Shown in pieces: positions 28,490 to 46,033 of a stretch of DNA of 64,000 bases; positions within the stretch are counted from its first letter, which is position 1; every line of letters begins with the position of its first letter. Origin of the DNA: Chrysomallon squamiferum (taxonomy: Eukaryota; Animalia; Mollusca); contig CM022677.1 of the NCBI GenBank assembly GCA_012295275.1, forward strand, positions 10,974,001 to 11,038,000, written 5' to 3'. A program made the translations under genes and the position numbers. The notes beneath the pieces were generated by a model, which searched no databases, was not told the origin of the DNA, and worked only from the letters and a program-made list of their open reading frames with translations.

Positions 28490-28930
28490 CATCACCTTAA
28501 CCCTTACCCTAACCCTAAATTAACCCTAATCCTAACCTTAATCCTAACCCTAACCCTAACTCCGACTCTATCCCTAACACTAATACTAACTCTGCTCATA
28601 AAACTGTTTTGCAGATTATCATAAGACTCATAATAAACTTTGAATAATCCTAAAACTAACACTAACCCTAATCCTAACCCTAACCTTCACCCTAAAGCTA
28701 ACCATAGCCGAACTTCTAAAGCTAATCTTACTCAAGTCCCGATCCTTGATTCTTAACGCTACTTCTAATCGTGAGCCTAAAATTATTTTCCACATTATCA
28801 TAACCCTCAAAATAAAATTTACATAACCCGAGCCCGACCCTAACCCTAACCCTAACCTAAAGCCCTAACTCTGACGCTAAAGAAGAGCCTAACGTTAATT
28901 CTTATGCAGTCTATTTCTTACCCTGACCTT
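28490..28930. repeat. Degenerate interstitial telomere-like (CCCTAA)n arrays in ~3 blocks
   Basis: cctaaccctaaccctaac runs at ~28500-28590, 28650-28700 and 28835-28870, interspersed with a repeated ctaaaattattttNcaNattatc motif. Confidence 0.85.
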
Positions 28931-29399
28931 AAAACTATTATTAAGATTACTTTATAAATTTTACTTTATAGTCATTTGAACTGTTTAAAATACAGGGGGT
29001 GTTTTCTAGCAAATTTTGAGAAATGAACACCGATATGAAAATTTCTTATTATTCTTTTATTATTGTTATTTTTTATCTTAACCTGTTGATACATTTTGAC
29101 TGAATGTGGCGTCTATGAACACAGATAACGTGTTTTCAGTTTACTTAGGTAGTTGACCTGATTCAGTACTTTTATTATGTTTTTCCTTGTACTGCCAGCA
29201 CTACTGCTTCTGCTTTTCTTACTGTTTTTAGTATTATTGTTGTTATTTATTTATTTGTTAACTTGTTTATTTATGTATTTGTTTATTTGTTGTTTTTTAA
29301 AAATGATTTGCTGTTTATTAATATGTTTATTTATTTATTATTAATTATATTTTGTTTTTATTTTTTCATTTGTTTACTTATTTATATATTAAAAACTTC

Positions 29400-33670
<4,271 letters not shown>

Positions 33671-33989
33671 CAAGTTTTTAATAATAAAGTTATTTGATTT
33701 AACCTGAAATTTGACAACATGGCAAACAAGCATAGATAATCAGCTATAGGGAAATATGTTCAGGAATTAAGAGCTATCAAACACACACACACAACCACCC
33801 ACATACTCACAAACACACACACATAAAAAAGTCACGTTTTATACATTTTATTATTTGTAGGTTACATTTATACAGACTGAGTGAGATAGGTATAAGTACA
33901 TAAATTACATTCAGAAATATTAATATATGTACATACTGTCGACTATTAAATCGGGAAATAAACACTTTCAAAGTTGCCGAATTTGAAAA

Positions 33990-34755
33990 TAAATGATGTT
34001 TTGTTTTGTTCAAACAGAGATGGGTAAAACTCCAGTAGAGAGGAGACCAAGCAACACAGTGAGTATTATTTGGTTCTCTTCTGTTTACAAAAGCTTTATA
34101 CACTGGTAGAGTAGCTATTAGTTTGTACTGTTTCACGCTGTCGGGGTATACTGGTATTTTCACGTTGTCCTCTTCCGCACATTTAGATGGGTAACTTTTC
34201 TGTCTAATTTGATTTCTTGTCGACATTAATTTGAGGCGAAGAGTTCAGATGGGGCAGATCACTCGTACAGTGAAGTTTACACTGCAGCATGTCCTGCGCG
34301 AGACTGCTGTCATCAATATCTAGACTGACTGTGTTCAGTTCCACTCCATCAGATCCGTGAACCTGGAGCTTTAAAATATTCCAACCTCTTTCCAGAATTA
34401 CTGATCCTTTCATCTCGGTACTGAAATGAAAAACATTCCAGTTATCTCCAGCTGTTTCTGGTGATATGGTGACAATGGATCCCATTTTCTTCTGGTTTAA
34501 CACTGCTGTGATGACTTCGGAATCGTTGCCATTGGAGTATCGTAAACTGGAGATTTTTACCGTGCTTGTTTTCTTCAGACAGTAGTAAAAAATAATGATT
34601 TCGTAGCCTGTTAAAAACACTACCTTCTTTGACAAAGCCTTTGATCGAAAATGTATTAGGTGTTTATCTCGAACCTCGGAGGCTGGTTATGGGTGAATCT
34701 TGCCCAGACATAATCTGCAGAACGCTAAAAGTAGAACGGTCTTCACAACATACAT
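33990..34755 (-). pseudogene. Disabled secreted protein with CBM6/CBM35-like (galactose-binding fold) domain
   Basis: ATG at 34755: signal-peptide-like MYVVKTVLLLAFCRLCLG, in-frame TAA at codon 23 (34689-34687), then RSKALSKKVVFL..SLRYSNGNDSEVI..GDNWNVF..LERGWNILKLQV..DGVELNTVSL; frameshift near 34215 into QIRQKSYPSKCAEEDNVKIP..LPVYKAFVNRREP. Confidence 0.6.
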
Positions 34756-34816
34756 TTTTCCAAAGTTTCAAAAATAGTTACGTATGATTCTTACATAAGA
34801 AGACACAACAGGGCCC

Positions 34817-34870
34817 GGCTTCTGTAGCTCAGCTGGTTACTGTGCACGTCCAGGCAAAGAAGGTTCAGGT
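34817..34870 (+). mobile_element. Possible degenerate tRNA-derived SINE head
   Basis: GGCTTCTGTAGCTCAGCTGGTTA (A-box-like) followed ~35 nt later by GGTTCAGG (weak B-box); no complete cloverleaf. Confidence 0.35.
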
Positions 34871-36527
34871 CTGTTTATCAACACACTGAAACACATTCCA
34901 TATAACTGAACATGCATCACTCATTTGTTCAATAGGGTGGAACCTGTCTTGACAATCGTCACACAGACGGGAATGGTGTGGTGAGTATAAGAACTGGTGC
35001 ATCTGTCGCTGGACATGTGGCATCTTTTCGGATGATGCCTGTTCATTCTCGAACTACCTTACGTGCACGGTCGAAATGAAAGGCAAACAAACCCAAACAC
35101 TGTCAAATGACCACAGGGAGACTTGTACGCAGTTTGCCTTGTCCACTGAATGAATGTCTTACACATCGTGATAGTCACATTTCAAATTTCAAATGTGTTC
35201 TCTGACCCCAGTCGTCCTTGGAGGTTTTAAAACTCACTGAAATACTGAACTACCAGTTGTAATGTTTGACCAAGTACTTCGCTGTTATCATTCCATGAAG
35301 CTAATATACCTTACAATTTTTACAAGTGTAATTTCTTATTAGAGTTCCCTACTTTATTTGACGAGAATATGTTTTTCAACCAATCCAGTTGTAAACTGAT
35401 GTGTTACAATTATTATGTAATTTGTATAGTATTGTTAAAATTATTTATCTATTATTGTGGTTGTTGTTGTTGTTGTTATTCTTTTCTTAGTTTTTTGTAT
35501 CTGTTAATTAATTAATATTATCATTCTACTATTTTTAATGAACTCTTAATTCATAACGAAATAATATATATCCGAAGAAAATATAAAAGAAGAAAAAAAT
35601 AGTAATATCCAGCTATTTCTAAACTAGACATGAGTCCCCATTTTTCTATAGCTCCGACTGCAATCATAATAAACCTTATTGTACTGTTAGAATAACAGCA
35701 ACAACAACAACTAAAATAATAACTTGCAAGTACAAAGAATCATATTTCATCTTTTCCTATCTATGCACAGTTGGAGCAAGGGACTGATTCACAATAATCA
35801 CAGAGGAGGGGAACTGGGCCGGTACTGAGGCTTCAGAATTTTTAGGATGAGGATCAAAACCATATATATTTGTTTCATTTTGTTTTATTTTTATTTATTT
35901 ATTATTATTATTATTTTTTGTTGTTGTTGTTGTTCATTTTGATTTCAGTTTTCTAACACTTCGTAACCTATAAGCCGAGAGATATGATGTGTGCTAAAAA
36001 TAAATGTTGTGGCGTCATCTTTCTAAAATAGTTTACAATACATATCACTTTCACACACACACACATGCGTTTTAACGTAACAAGAACAGTAACAGCAACT
36101 TCTATATATATATATTTTAACGTACGTGCAAACAAGAAAAAGTAAAGAACTACACAGAAATGAAAAATAAATACAAACATAACTTCTAAATAAATAATGA
36201 ATATATATATAAAGAAAACAAATATATAGGCGCACCACACACACACACCATAGTACCACACGTTATATATATATATATATATTATATACAGCACCACACA
36301 TTACACACACATCCTGCACACACATTACACAATAACCTCAGTAACATACATGCAAACTGTGCGGATAAAAAGAAACACAATAATAATTATCTGATCACAT
36401 ATCGTGATACACTGGCTGGAACAGAATACAATCAGGTTAAATAAACAATTTTTATTAACAGTTTTGTAGAGTAGAATTTGTTGTTATGGATAGGTAGTTA
36501 TGTTGTTAGTAAATCTTCTATCCAAAC

Positions 36528-36586
<59 letters not shown>

Positions 36587-36836
36587 TAAACTATTTGATG
36601 TTGGAAACACTGACATTAGAAAATTCTTTGACTTTGTACTGCATCGTTTATCATCACTATATGAACGAGCTAACTGAAAGGCTATGAAAACCAGCGAAGT
36701 GATAACTTTTATTATTCATACTGGTCTGTAGGACGTTTTTGTGCTCATGTTTTTCAAGTAATCTGGTTCAACAAAACATTCATTCATAATATCAACAAGA
36801 TGTCAAAAGTGTGACGGTTTTATTCAGAGACACTAT

Positions 36837-36885
<49 letters not shown>

Positions 36886-37737
36886 CATACACACAAATGT
36901 GAATTAAGAATGATATGAAAGTTAACACCTCTAAAAAATACGTAAGGTAAACTGCAAGATGTGTTAAATTAAAATACTTAGAAAACAATTGTGTTACGTA
37001 TATTTGTCAGCTGTTAACACTGCTGACATAATATTCAATCCCCTTTCAATTGCCTATTTTCAAACTTTTGAGAATTGTTCTCTGATTCAAACAGAAATAT
37101 ACTTGGTGGGTTTAGCTAAATAATAAAATATATAATATTATAATTTTATGAATTTAATTGCTTCTTTCTTTCTTTCTGTCTTTATTTATTTATTTATCTT
37201 AAATAGAACGAAATAAAATTTATATAATAAAGGAATATATATTACTATTATTTCATTACCATTGTGTATACCTGACTAAAATCATATATTCACCTTGTAT
37301 CATGCTTTTCATTATTATAGTTTATTTATATATCTTACGAAAAAACCTGATACTATACAAGTTTAAAGAAGAAGTAATTTTGACGGCTAAATGTATTATC
37401 TTTCTCCGACCTTCTACAAACCAGTTGCTGTGTCATTATTACCATAGGTGTGAAATGGACTGTAACACACATTTTAAAAATTAATGAACTGCTCGAACTA
37501 TGTTAAGGTAGTTGTTACTTTACTGCTGTTTACATTATCACAAGCATTTAAAACTTTCACGATTATTTTTTTCTCAGAAGAAACAAAGGTGTTCTAGAAA
37601 ATTTCAAGGCTTCCACCCCTTTATTGAAATTGGTATATTCCACTCACCGAGTGTCGTTTGTCAAAACCGACTTGTCCGCCAGCAAACTGACATTGCAGAC
37701 GAATAGAAGAGAATTTTTTGCATTTCTTAAGACAAAG

Positions 37738-37772
<35 letters not shown>

Positions 37773-38446
37773 TGTTGTTGTTGTTGTTGTTGTCGTTAGT
37801 GTAAGATATTATAAAATAAAATGTAATCTAGGTTATTCTCATAATAAAATTTCTGTACAAAATTGTTTTGTGTTAGAGTGGAGGGTGTGGCTCACTGGTC
37901 AGAGAAAATTAGTGTCTGGCGATGTGTTGTCGATTTATCTTTCTCGATTACTTTATCAATGAATGAAGCCATTTAACTGCAGATTAAAAATTTGTTGAGT
38001 TCGACGTTAATAAAATAATGTTCAGTAACAATCAGTCATTCATTCGTTTACTATGAAATGTTTCATTGATATTACACTGAATACATTACTTCTGTGAATG
38101 TCAAGTTTCTTTCATTGTCCACATACGAGTTTCATCATGAAAATGTGTGAGCTGGGTTACGTGACACGACACAAATAGTGCGAAATTACCTTGCAGCAAT
38201 CATGGACATGTCACATTATTTATTTATTTATTTATTTATATTTTGCTTCATATAACTTATTACAGTAAATCTGTTGTCTTCCTTATCAAACCTACGTCAT
38301 AAGGTTAAATTTAGCAAGCTTGTAATTCACTTTAATAGTTCTTCTGTTTTCTTATAAATAAAATAAACTGAACGAATGAAAAACTTATAGTTTAATTATA
38401 ACATTATAGTGTTACATTTGCACGTTTATATATTTATTTGATCATT

Positions 38447-38495
<49 letters not shown>

Positions 38496-38652
38496 CATTA
38501 TTATCATTATTATTATTTAGTTCCCTTTTTCTTTCTCTGTATTTTCTTTTCTATTTCCTTTGATTCTGCTATGTTGTTGCTGTTGTTATTATTGTTATTT
38601 ATTTATTTATATATATTTATTATTATTGTTATTGTTATTGTTATTCACAGAT

Positions 38653-39182
38653 ATGGCAACAGCTGCAAACTCTGATGACAATCTTTCGTGCTGCATTTGT
38701 ACGGAACTTTTCAAGAAGCCGCGAATGTTAAACTGTGGACATTCGTTGTGCACCAAATGCCTGCAGGACTTTATAAGTCATAATTACGACAACAACGACA
38801 TACAAATCACCTGCCCGTTCTGCAGGCAGGATGTCCACATACCAGACAGCACGAAACCAGTGAATACATGGGCAGATCAATTCCCTATAAACCATTCACT
38901 ACAGAACGCCGCTAATGATCGGCTACAATCACAGTTTTGTGAGTCAGCAGTGTTGTGTTTATTAACTAAAAATATGTATTAACCATTTAGTGATTGTTTA
39001 GCTAAAAATATGTATGCCGTATATTGATCATCACAACCTAAAGAAATAGAGGAAACTTTATTTATGTCATTTTTCTACTCAGATTTTTAAAGTAGTTGAT
39101 AACATAAATTCTAAAACTTCACATTGTAGGCATATCTTAATTAATAATAGTAGTTCTAGTTAATTAATTAACTGACTGATTG

Positions 39183-39238
<56 letters not shown>

Positions 39239-40590
39239 TTTCAGCTAAAAAGGGAGATCACATGTCACTTCTGAGTTCTGTTTCTGAAAGTCTCAAAACC
39301 TTTAAAGAAATTCTTGAGACAGAGATGGATGATATGATCGAGCAACTTCGCCAAGCCGTCGACATCAACGTCGTGGACACTACAGAAGAGGTCAGAATGA
39401 TTGGTAACACACTAATCACAGATTTTACTGCCGCAGTCCACAAAGAACAAGACAGGTTAATAAGAGAAATAGAAAAATCTCAGAACTTTGTAAACTCAGA
39501 AATAGACAAATTATTCAATGAACACAAACATCTGATTGAGGAAAACAAAAAAATGATCAAATTGGGGGAAGATTTGCTGACAAGAAAATCAGAGTCAGAT
39601 GTAAAAATTAACATTTTAAAATTCACTAAACTTCAAAACACAACTTCCGAGTTTCTGTCTAAGTCTCGTTCCCGAATAGAAAAAGCAAAGTTTAAAATAA
39701 ATCTGATAAAATCTGACAAAAAGGCAGAAATGTCAGTCCACATTGGAGAAATATCCACAAATATCCAAACAGACACACAGATAGACAGAGTGACAGACAC
39801 TCTCAAACACACAGACACCATTAACACAAAAACACAAGACGATGAATTCAAGCCGTTTCTGATTTCCCTGCTGGTGTCAGGTGCAGACAACAGTAAAATT
39901 GTTGTTAGTGATTGTTTCAGTGAATGTGTAAAATGTTTTTGTTTAGAAAGAAAATCACTGATAAAAAGATACAAAACTTCCTCTCAACCATGGGGTCTTG
40001 CTGAATCACGTGATCAGCGGGGTGATGTTGTTGTTGTTGTTGCTCTGCCATGGGAAAGTAAAATATTGTTTTTAAATTTGAAAAACTTCAAACTGATCAA
40101 AACAGTTAAAACTATTAAACGTTATCGGTTTATCGCTGTGTTACCTGGCAACCGTCTCGCGGTCACTGGGTATAATCAGTGCTTGGACATACTGACAGAC
40201 AGTGGTCAGCTCATTAATTCTATCTCAACCGATTTGATCCCCAGACCGTCGTGTCTCACAGTTCATGATCAGTGTCTGATTGTTGTGTCAAAAGGAAACA
40301 GTTTAGTTTGTGTGACGTCATCAGGTGACGTCAAGTGGGAGTCACGTGATTCAGACAGACTGAAAGGCTTGACAGGTGTTACATGTGACAGGGAGGGAAA
40401 TATTTTTGTTTGTGATTTTGATAGAGATTGTGTTGTTCAGTTCTCACGAGGTGGTAACATTACACGTGACATCCTCACACGCCAGGATGGACTGTCCACA
40501 CCTTTGTCTGTCTGTTGTGATGACAACAAATTGTACGTGGGAGAGCGCTTCAGCGGAGAAATAAACATATTTACATGGTGTAAAAAGTAA
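38653..40590 (+). CDS. TRIM-like E3 ubiquitin ligase (RING, coiled coil, NHL-like beta-propeller; no B-box), 2 coding exons, ~543 aa
   Basis: Exon 1 38653-38938 (C3HC4 RING: CCIC..CGHSLCTKC..CPFC), donor GTGAGT at 38939; acceptor CAG at 39242-39244; exon 2 39245-40590 joins in phase 1 with the 442-aa ORF (heptad-rich helical region, then PWGLA, PSCLTV, GVTCDREGNIFVCD, PLSVCCD..LYVGE blades). AATAAA at ~40863 and ~40875. Confidence 0.92.
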
Positions 40591-41184
40591 ACTTCAAACT
40601 GTCTGCTAAGTTAGTTTCACTTTAACTGTTTTGAAGTTGAAAGTCCATAGACATCTTTCTTTACATGAATTGATAAAAGGATAATTAGTTATATTATTGA
40701 TTTACTTATTAATTTAGTTAATTAAGCAATTAATTCAGTTACTTTGTTTAATTTCATCTTTTTTATTAAATATATAAGTAATTTCTCTCTCTCCATGTAA
40801 ACTATTCTGTTAGTTTGTAGTTTATTTCAAGAAATATATATATATACATCCAGTGTAATCAAAATAAAACTAAAATAAAACATTTGTATGATAAAAATAA
40901 AATTCTTCTGTCATTATTTTATTTAAATTTTAAATCTATTTTACATTGTTTCTTGATATTCACCTATATATCTATATGTCTGTCTGTCTGTAAAATATAA
41001 TTAATGTGTATAATATCAATGTAGTACTCTTACTGTAAATTTATCATTAACAGCTAATACAACTTATAGTTTTTTTTTTTGGATGAGTGTTCGAAGCGTA
41101 CTCAACTATTCTACTTCATTTTTTTTTCTTTTTATTTTGACTGACATACTTTTTAAAATGTTCTCTTCAGACATGGAAAAGAAG

Positions 41185-41282
<98 letters not shown>

Positions 41283-41284
41283 AG

Positions 41285-42040
41285 TTGCCTCTAAGTTATT
41301 GGTACTCCTTATTCGTTTTCGTTTTCTATTCGCTGTGCTTCCTATTTCTGACCGAACATCCTATATTAAAATATATTATTATTGTCTCTATTCATTTCGG
41401 CGTCATTACCATTGTATACGACGTTGTTCTCAACGTTCTCTTTTTATTAGCTATTATTCTACCTTATTAGTGTGCACGTCCTATATCAAGATATATTATT
41501 AGTATATTTCTATTAATGTCGCTGTCGTTGTCATCGTAACGGCGTTGTTCCTAACGTTATTCAAGTACTTGTCGTTATTCTTTTGCGCTTTTTATTTCCT
41601 CATACTTTCTGACGGACGCATCTTAAAATATATTAATGCAATTTCTGTTAATGTCGCCGTCATTGCCGTCGTACCAGCGTTGTTCTCAACGTTTTGCTGT
41701 ACTTGTCATTATTATTTTACGCGTTTTTAAATCTGTTATTCCTACCATCCTATCTGGAATATATTGTTACTATTTGCCGTCGTAATGGCGTTGTTCTTAA
41801 CGTTCTCGGTGTACTTTTCATTATTCTTTTACGCTTTTTATTCGTTGTTATTCTTACTTTATGACCATACGAATCCTGTATTAAAATATATTATTATTGT
41901 ATCTGTTAATGTCGCCGTCGTTGCCGTCGTAAAGGGGTTGTTCTTAATTTCTTACTGTCCCCAACCGATTAAAATATATTATTAGTTTTGATTAATATCG
42001 CCGTTGTTGTCGTTATAACGGTGTTGTTTCTAACGTTATT
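41285..42040 (-). repeat. Inverted copy of the tandem-repeat family at 1-1660
   Basis: TCT(A/G)TTAATGTCGCCGTCGTTGCCGTCGTAA..GTTGTTCT is the reverse complement of the 1-1660 core; a further fragment lies at ~49375-49470 (+). Confidence 0.88.
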
Positions 42041-43797
42041 ACTTACTTAGTTATTAATTAAATTAATTATTTTTGCATGCTTAGAGGAAAATAATGCAAT
42101 ATTCCTATTGCAATCAATCTTACTGGTCTTATAGAAGTGTTATTATTTACTTCTCTGTTTGTTAAACATAGAAAATAATCTTATAGATAGGCATATACTA
42201 TTCTAACCTATTAATAAATATTATGTTCTGCTTCTAGGACTAATGTTAAATTACTGCTTCAAAAATTTCTTATTTCTATATTTAAAAATCTATCTGAAAA
42301 AAAGAAGCATCAAATTCCACTAGTGTTCATTAAAATAGTTAGACTTTTCAAACAAATCACAAAAACATAATTAAAAATATGGAGAAATATTTCTATGAAC
42401 AGTGACAACAATGACAGACTTTCACTGGAATTGTCTCATCTATGAGAAAGGTTTTTATTTTTACTATATGAATCAAATAGAAATGTCAACATGAAAACAT
42501 TAATGAAATATACATATTTATATAATCTGTTCATTCTTTGAGTGTTTGAATGAAAGTAAAATATCTCATTCAGCTGTCTCTCTCATTCACTTAGCTGTCG
42601 TTATAACTTGTCTCTGTCTCATTTGTATCTAACTTGTCTCAGTCTAATTCAGTTGTCTCTGTCATTTGTCTCTGCCTCATTCACTTGTTTCTATCTATCT
42701 CTATTTATAATTATTTTATTTATTTGTTGTATTTACTGTTTATTATTAATTATTATTTAAGTTTTGTTTTTGTTTTTGCTTTTGGTTGGATATAGTTAGA
42801 AATTAAAGTGAAGAACAGAGCTAGAAGTGACATCACTGTATTTCAAACTCATTGTGCAGCCCAGTTAACTAAATTTTCAGCAGAATCAAAACAGTCTTAA
42901 ATTCCACCACAACTTAAGACAAATTTGGACTGTTGACATCTATAGTTTGTTAATCAAATGGTTGTTAGAATGAGCAAAAATAAATATCAGATTTGTGGTT
43001 ATTAGTAACTTAATTTTCACTACTAACAGATTTTATAAAAAATATTTAATTATTGTTACTTCACTTAATATTTTATCAAGAGAGAATGAAAAGTACAACT
43101 CACACCAGCTATCTCTAGAGAGAATTCATTTAAATTATGTAAAATAAAGTATTATTTTTATTTTATTATAATTATTATCTTCTTTAATTATTATTATTAT
43201 TATTATTATTATATTCCTATTGTTATTTCCATTCTAGTTATTATTGTTATTATTATTACTATTGTTATTATTGTTATTACTATTATTACTATTATTATTG
43301 TTGTTCTTGTTATTATTATTATCATTGTATTATTATTATTATTATTATAATAATTCTGCCTGTCATTATTCACTGGGTTTCTTCACTTGGAAATAAAACT
43401 AAACAACTTTCTTAGCTGAAATAGATGAGATTTTTTATTGCATACAAAGTAACATTAAACATGATAATGCCCATTTAACAATTTGTAAACTTTACCATCA
43501 TGATCATGTCTGCTTCATCATAAAGTAACTAATCACACCAGCCCACAAAAACATTTACATATTATTTCAGATTCAGTATGTGCCTTTACAATGTCTTTGT
43601 GTACGTTTCTACCAAATGCCAAATGGGAAATTTAATTAAATTTAAATACATTTGAGAAATGAGAAATTTCCACCAAATGAGAAATTTATATCATCTAAAA
43701 TATATTTAAATAAATATGTTGACACAATCTAATTTTAATGAATTTTTGTTTGAGACAGGAGCTGACAAAAGGGAAATTTACATATATTTAAAACATC

Positions 43798-44699
43798 TCA
43801 CTCTCCTGCAGAACACACAACATTTCATCTGTCATCTGATCAGAGTAGTTAATAGCCAACTGCAGCGCTGTGTTGTTAGACTCATACTTCCCCATCAACA
43901 CCGTCAACCTCTCCAAGTAAGACTTGCTCTCATTCAGTGTCAGGTTAGCCAAGTCATTCTGTGACTTGAGGTGGTCAATTTTGCTCTGAAGTCTTTCAAA
44001 CTCAATTTCAAACTCTTTAACTTTGGTTTCTCATCTCAGAACCACACTTGTACAAAGTCTGAACAATTTCCTGCATGTTAGAACAGCCCTGTAAACTCTG
44101 CACTAAATGTTCGACTAATTTCATATTTGGAAGCTGAAGTAGAAAAAATAAGCAACGTTTAAATTCAGTTAAAATCATATTGGATGTCATGAAAAATAAT
44201 ATATCAATGACTTATTCTGTGTTATTTTCTTAAAAATCTATTTATTTTAGTTGATTTGAAACAGTATTACCTTAAAGCCAGAAATATAAGGTTAAAAATA
44301 ATGAATAATAATTATGTATTATTGTTAAAACTGTATTTATTTGTGTTATTTGATTTGAAATGACTGTAGTTGGAAAACATTTGTAAATTTAAGAATCCAT
44401 TAAATTCATACTTGAAATATTGAAAAATATGTCAGTGAATCATTTTCTGTCAATTTCTTTTTTATTGTGAGGTGATATGATTTGAAATTACCACCATAAA
44501 AAAACAAAACAAAAAGAAAAAAAGACTTTAATGAATTAAAACATCATACTGGAAATTATGAAAAACATGTCTATAAGTTATACAGTATCACTGCAAACTT
44601 TTAATTTTGTTTTTCACATTTATTCAGTCAGATAACAATATACTGTCAGTATATTCCAATTTAAGTTTTAAATGTGTTAAGCATAAGATTTGCTAAAAA

Positions 44700-44747
<48 letters not shown>

Positions 44748-46033
44748 AAGAACAAAAAAAAAGGATAAATGATTTGACAAATGAATTAGAACAGATTAAA
44801 ATGATGTTAAATATAAAATTATCTGATTTGATTCTTTTCTCTTTGTTTTATTGGGATACAAACACCAATGTGAACACAGACATATAAAGAAAGAAAGCAA
44901 AATGAGATTTACCCCAAGGGAGGTAATTTCAGCACCAAGAATCTGTCTGTCTCCAGCACATATTTTTAGTTTCTTCAGTTGTGCTATTTTAGCTACAGGA
45001 AACTGATCACTGCCTTCAGTGGTCCTGTGAATTAAATAAATAAATAAATAAATACAAATATTTACCTAACTTAAATAATGCTACACTGTCAAATACTTTT
45101 AATAAGTAAATAAGCAGCAAATCATATGACATACAATAAAAAGAAATATACAAAGTAAAAATAATAATAATAATAATAATACACAAGTTTTTCACATATA
45201 TATATATATCCATTTTCAATTCCTTATTTCCTGAATTTGTATATTCTCAAAGTTCCATATATAAAAATAAATACAACATACAAATGTGTCTATCTCCATT
45301 GATTCCTTTATAGCGATGAATAACAAATGTTTATTTATACCTCTCTCCTGTATTCACTTGTGACTTTGTTGGTGTTGATATTTGACTGTTCATGGAACTA
45401 GAAGACAAATCTGTCAGAGGTAACTTATCCTGTAACTCTTTCAACTGTAACAAAAATGTAACAATTTATTCTCTCTTTAAATGTAACAGTTTATTCTGTA
45501 ACTCTTTAAACTATAACGTAATTGTAACAGTTTATTCTCTATCTCTTTCAACTGCTATAAAAATGCAAGTTTCAATTGTAACAAAAATGTAACAATTTAT
45601 CCTGTAACTCTTAAAAATGTAACAAAAGCCATATTATATAACTGAAGGAAAATGGAGTCTTAATAATTAAGATTACTTATGTTTTGTGTTTTAATTCTAT
45701 CTACAAATAAAAATGTAAATATAATCATTATGCAGAGTTACCTTTCTTTTCAACTTCTCCCTGTCATCATTAATATGTTCAATATGGCTACGTAGCTGTA
45801 TAAGTTCTAGTTCTTGTCTGCCTGTCTGTTCTTGTAGAGCATTGTTTTCTACTCGCAGTGAGTTCACCTCCTCCTGCAGATACTTTGAGCATTGTGATTT
45901 TCAGCATCTTCTTTGAGATGTTGAACGACGTTGCGATCATCAGACACATTGTGGAGGGGAAAGTATTTTCTTTCTGCAATGGCTGACTCCAGTTCTGTGA
46001 CAACTCAGGAAAATTCTGCGTTTATTTCATTAC
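43798..46033 (-). pseudogene. MCC: MCC (colorectal mutant cancer protein) homolog, 4-exon internal pseudogene fragment
   Basis: Exons 46033-45742 (INAEFS*VVTELESAIAERK../YLQEEVNSLRVENNAL..DDREKLKRK), 45444-45341 (LKELQDKL..VNTGE), 45024-44913 (FPVAKIAQLKKLK..DRQILGAEITSLG) and 44133-~43800 (LVEHLVQSLQGCSNMQEIVQTLY../ETKVKEFEIEFERLQSKIDHLKSQNDLANLTLNESKSYLERLTVLMGKYESNNTALQLAINYSDQ). These match recalled human MCC segments IPIAKIAERVKL..DRPVLGSEISSIG and EFEVETERLNSRIEHLKSQNDLL..LVGKYESNATALRLALQYSEQ. Junction phases 0/2/0 are consistent; one stop and two frameshifts. Confidence 0.93.

Noticed and set aside
34817-34890. Functional tRNA gene
   Set aside because: Only an A-box-like motif; no acceptor-stem pairing or proper T-loop.
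39633-39974. 113-aa minus-strand ORF
   Set aside because: Antisense shadow of the TRIM exon with no independent features.
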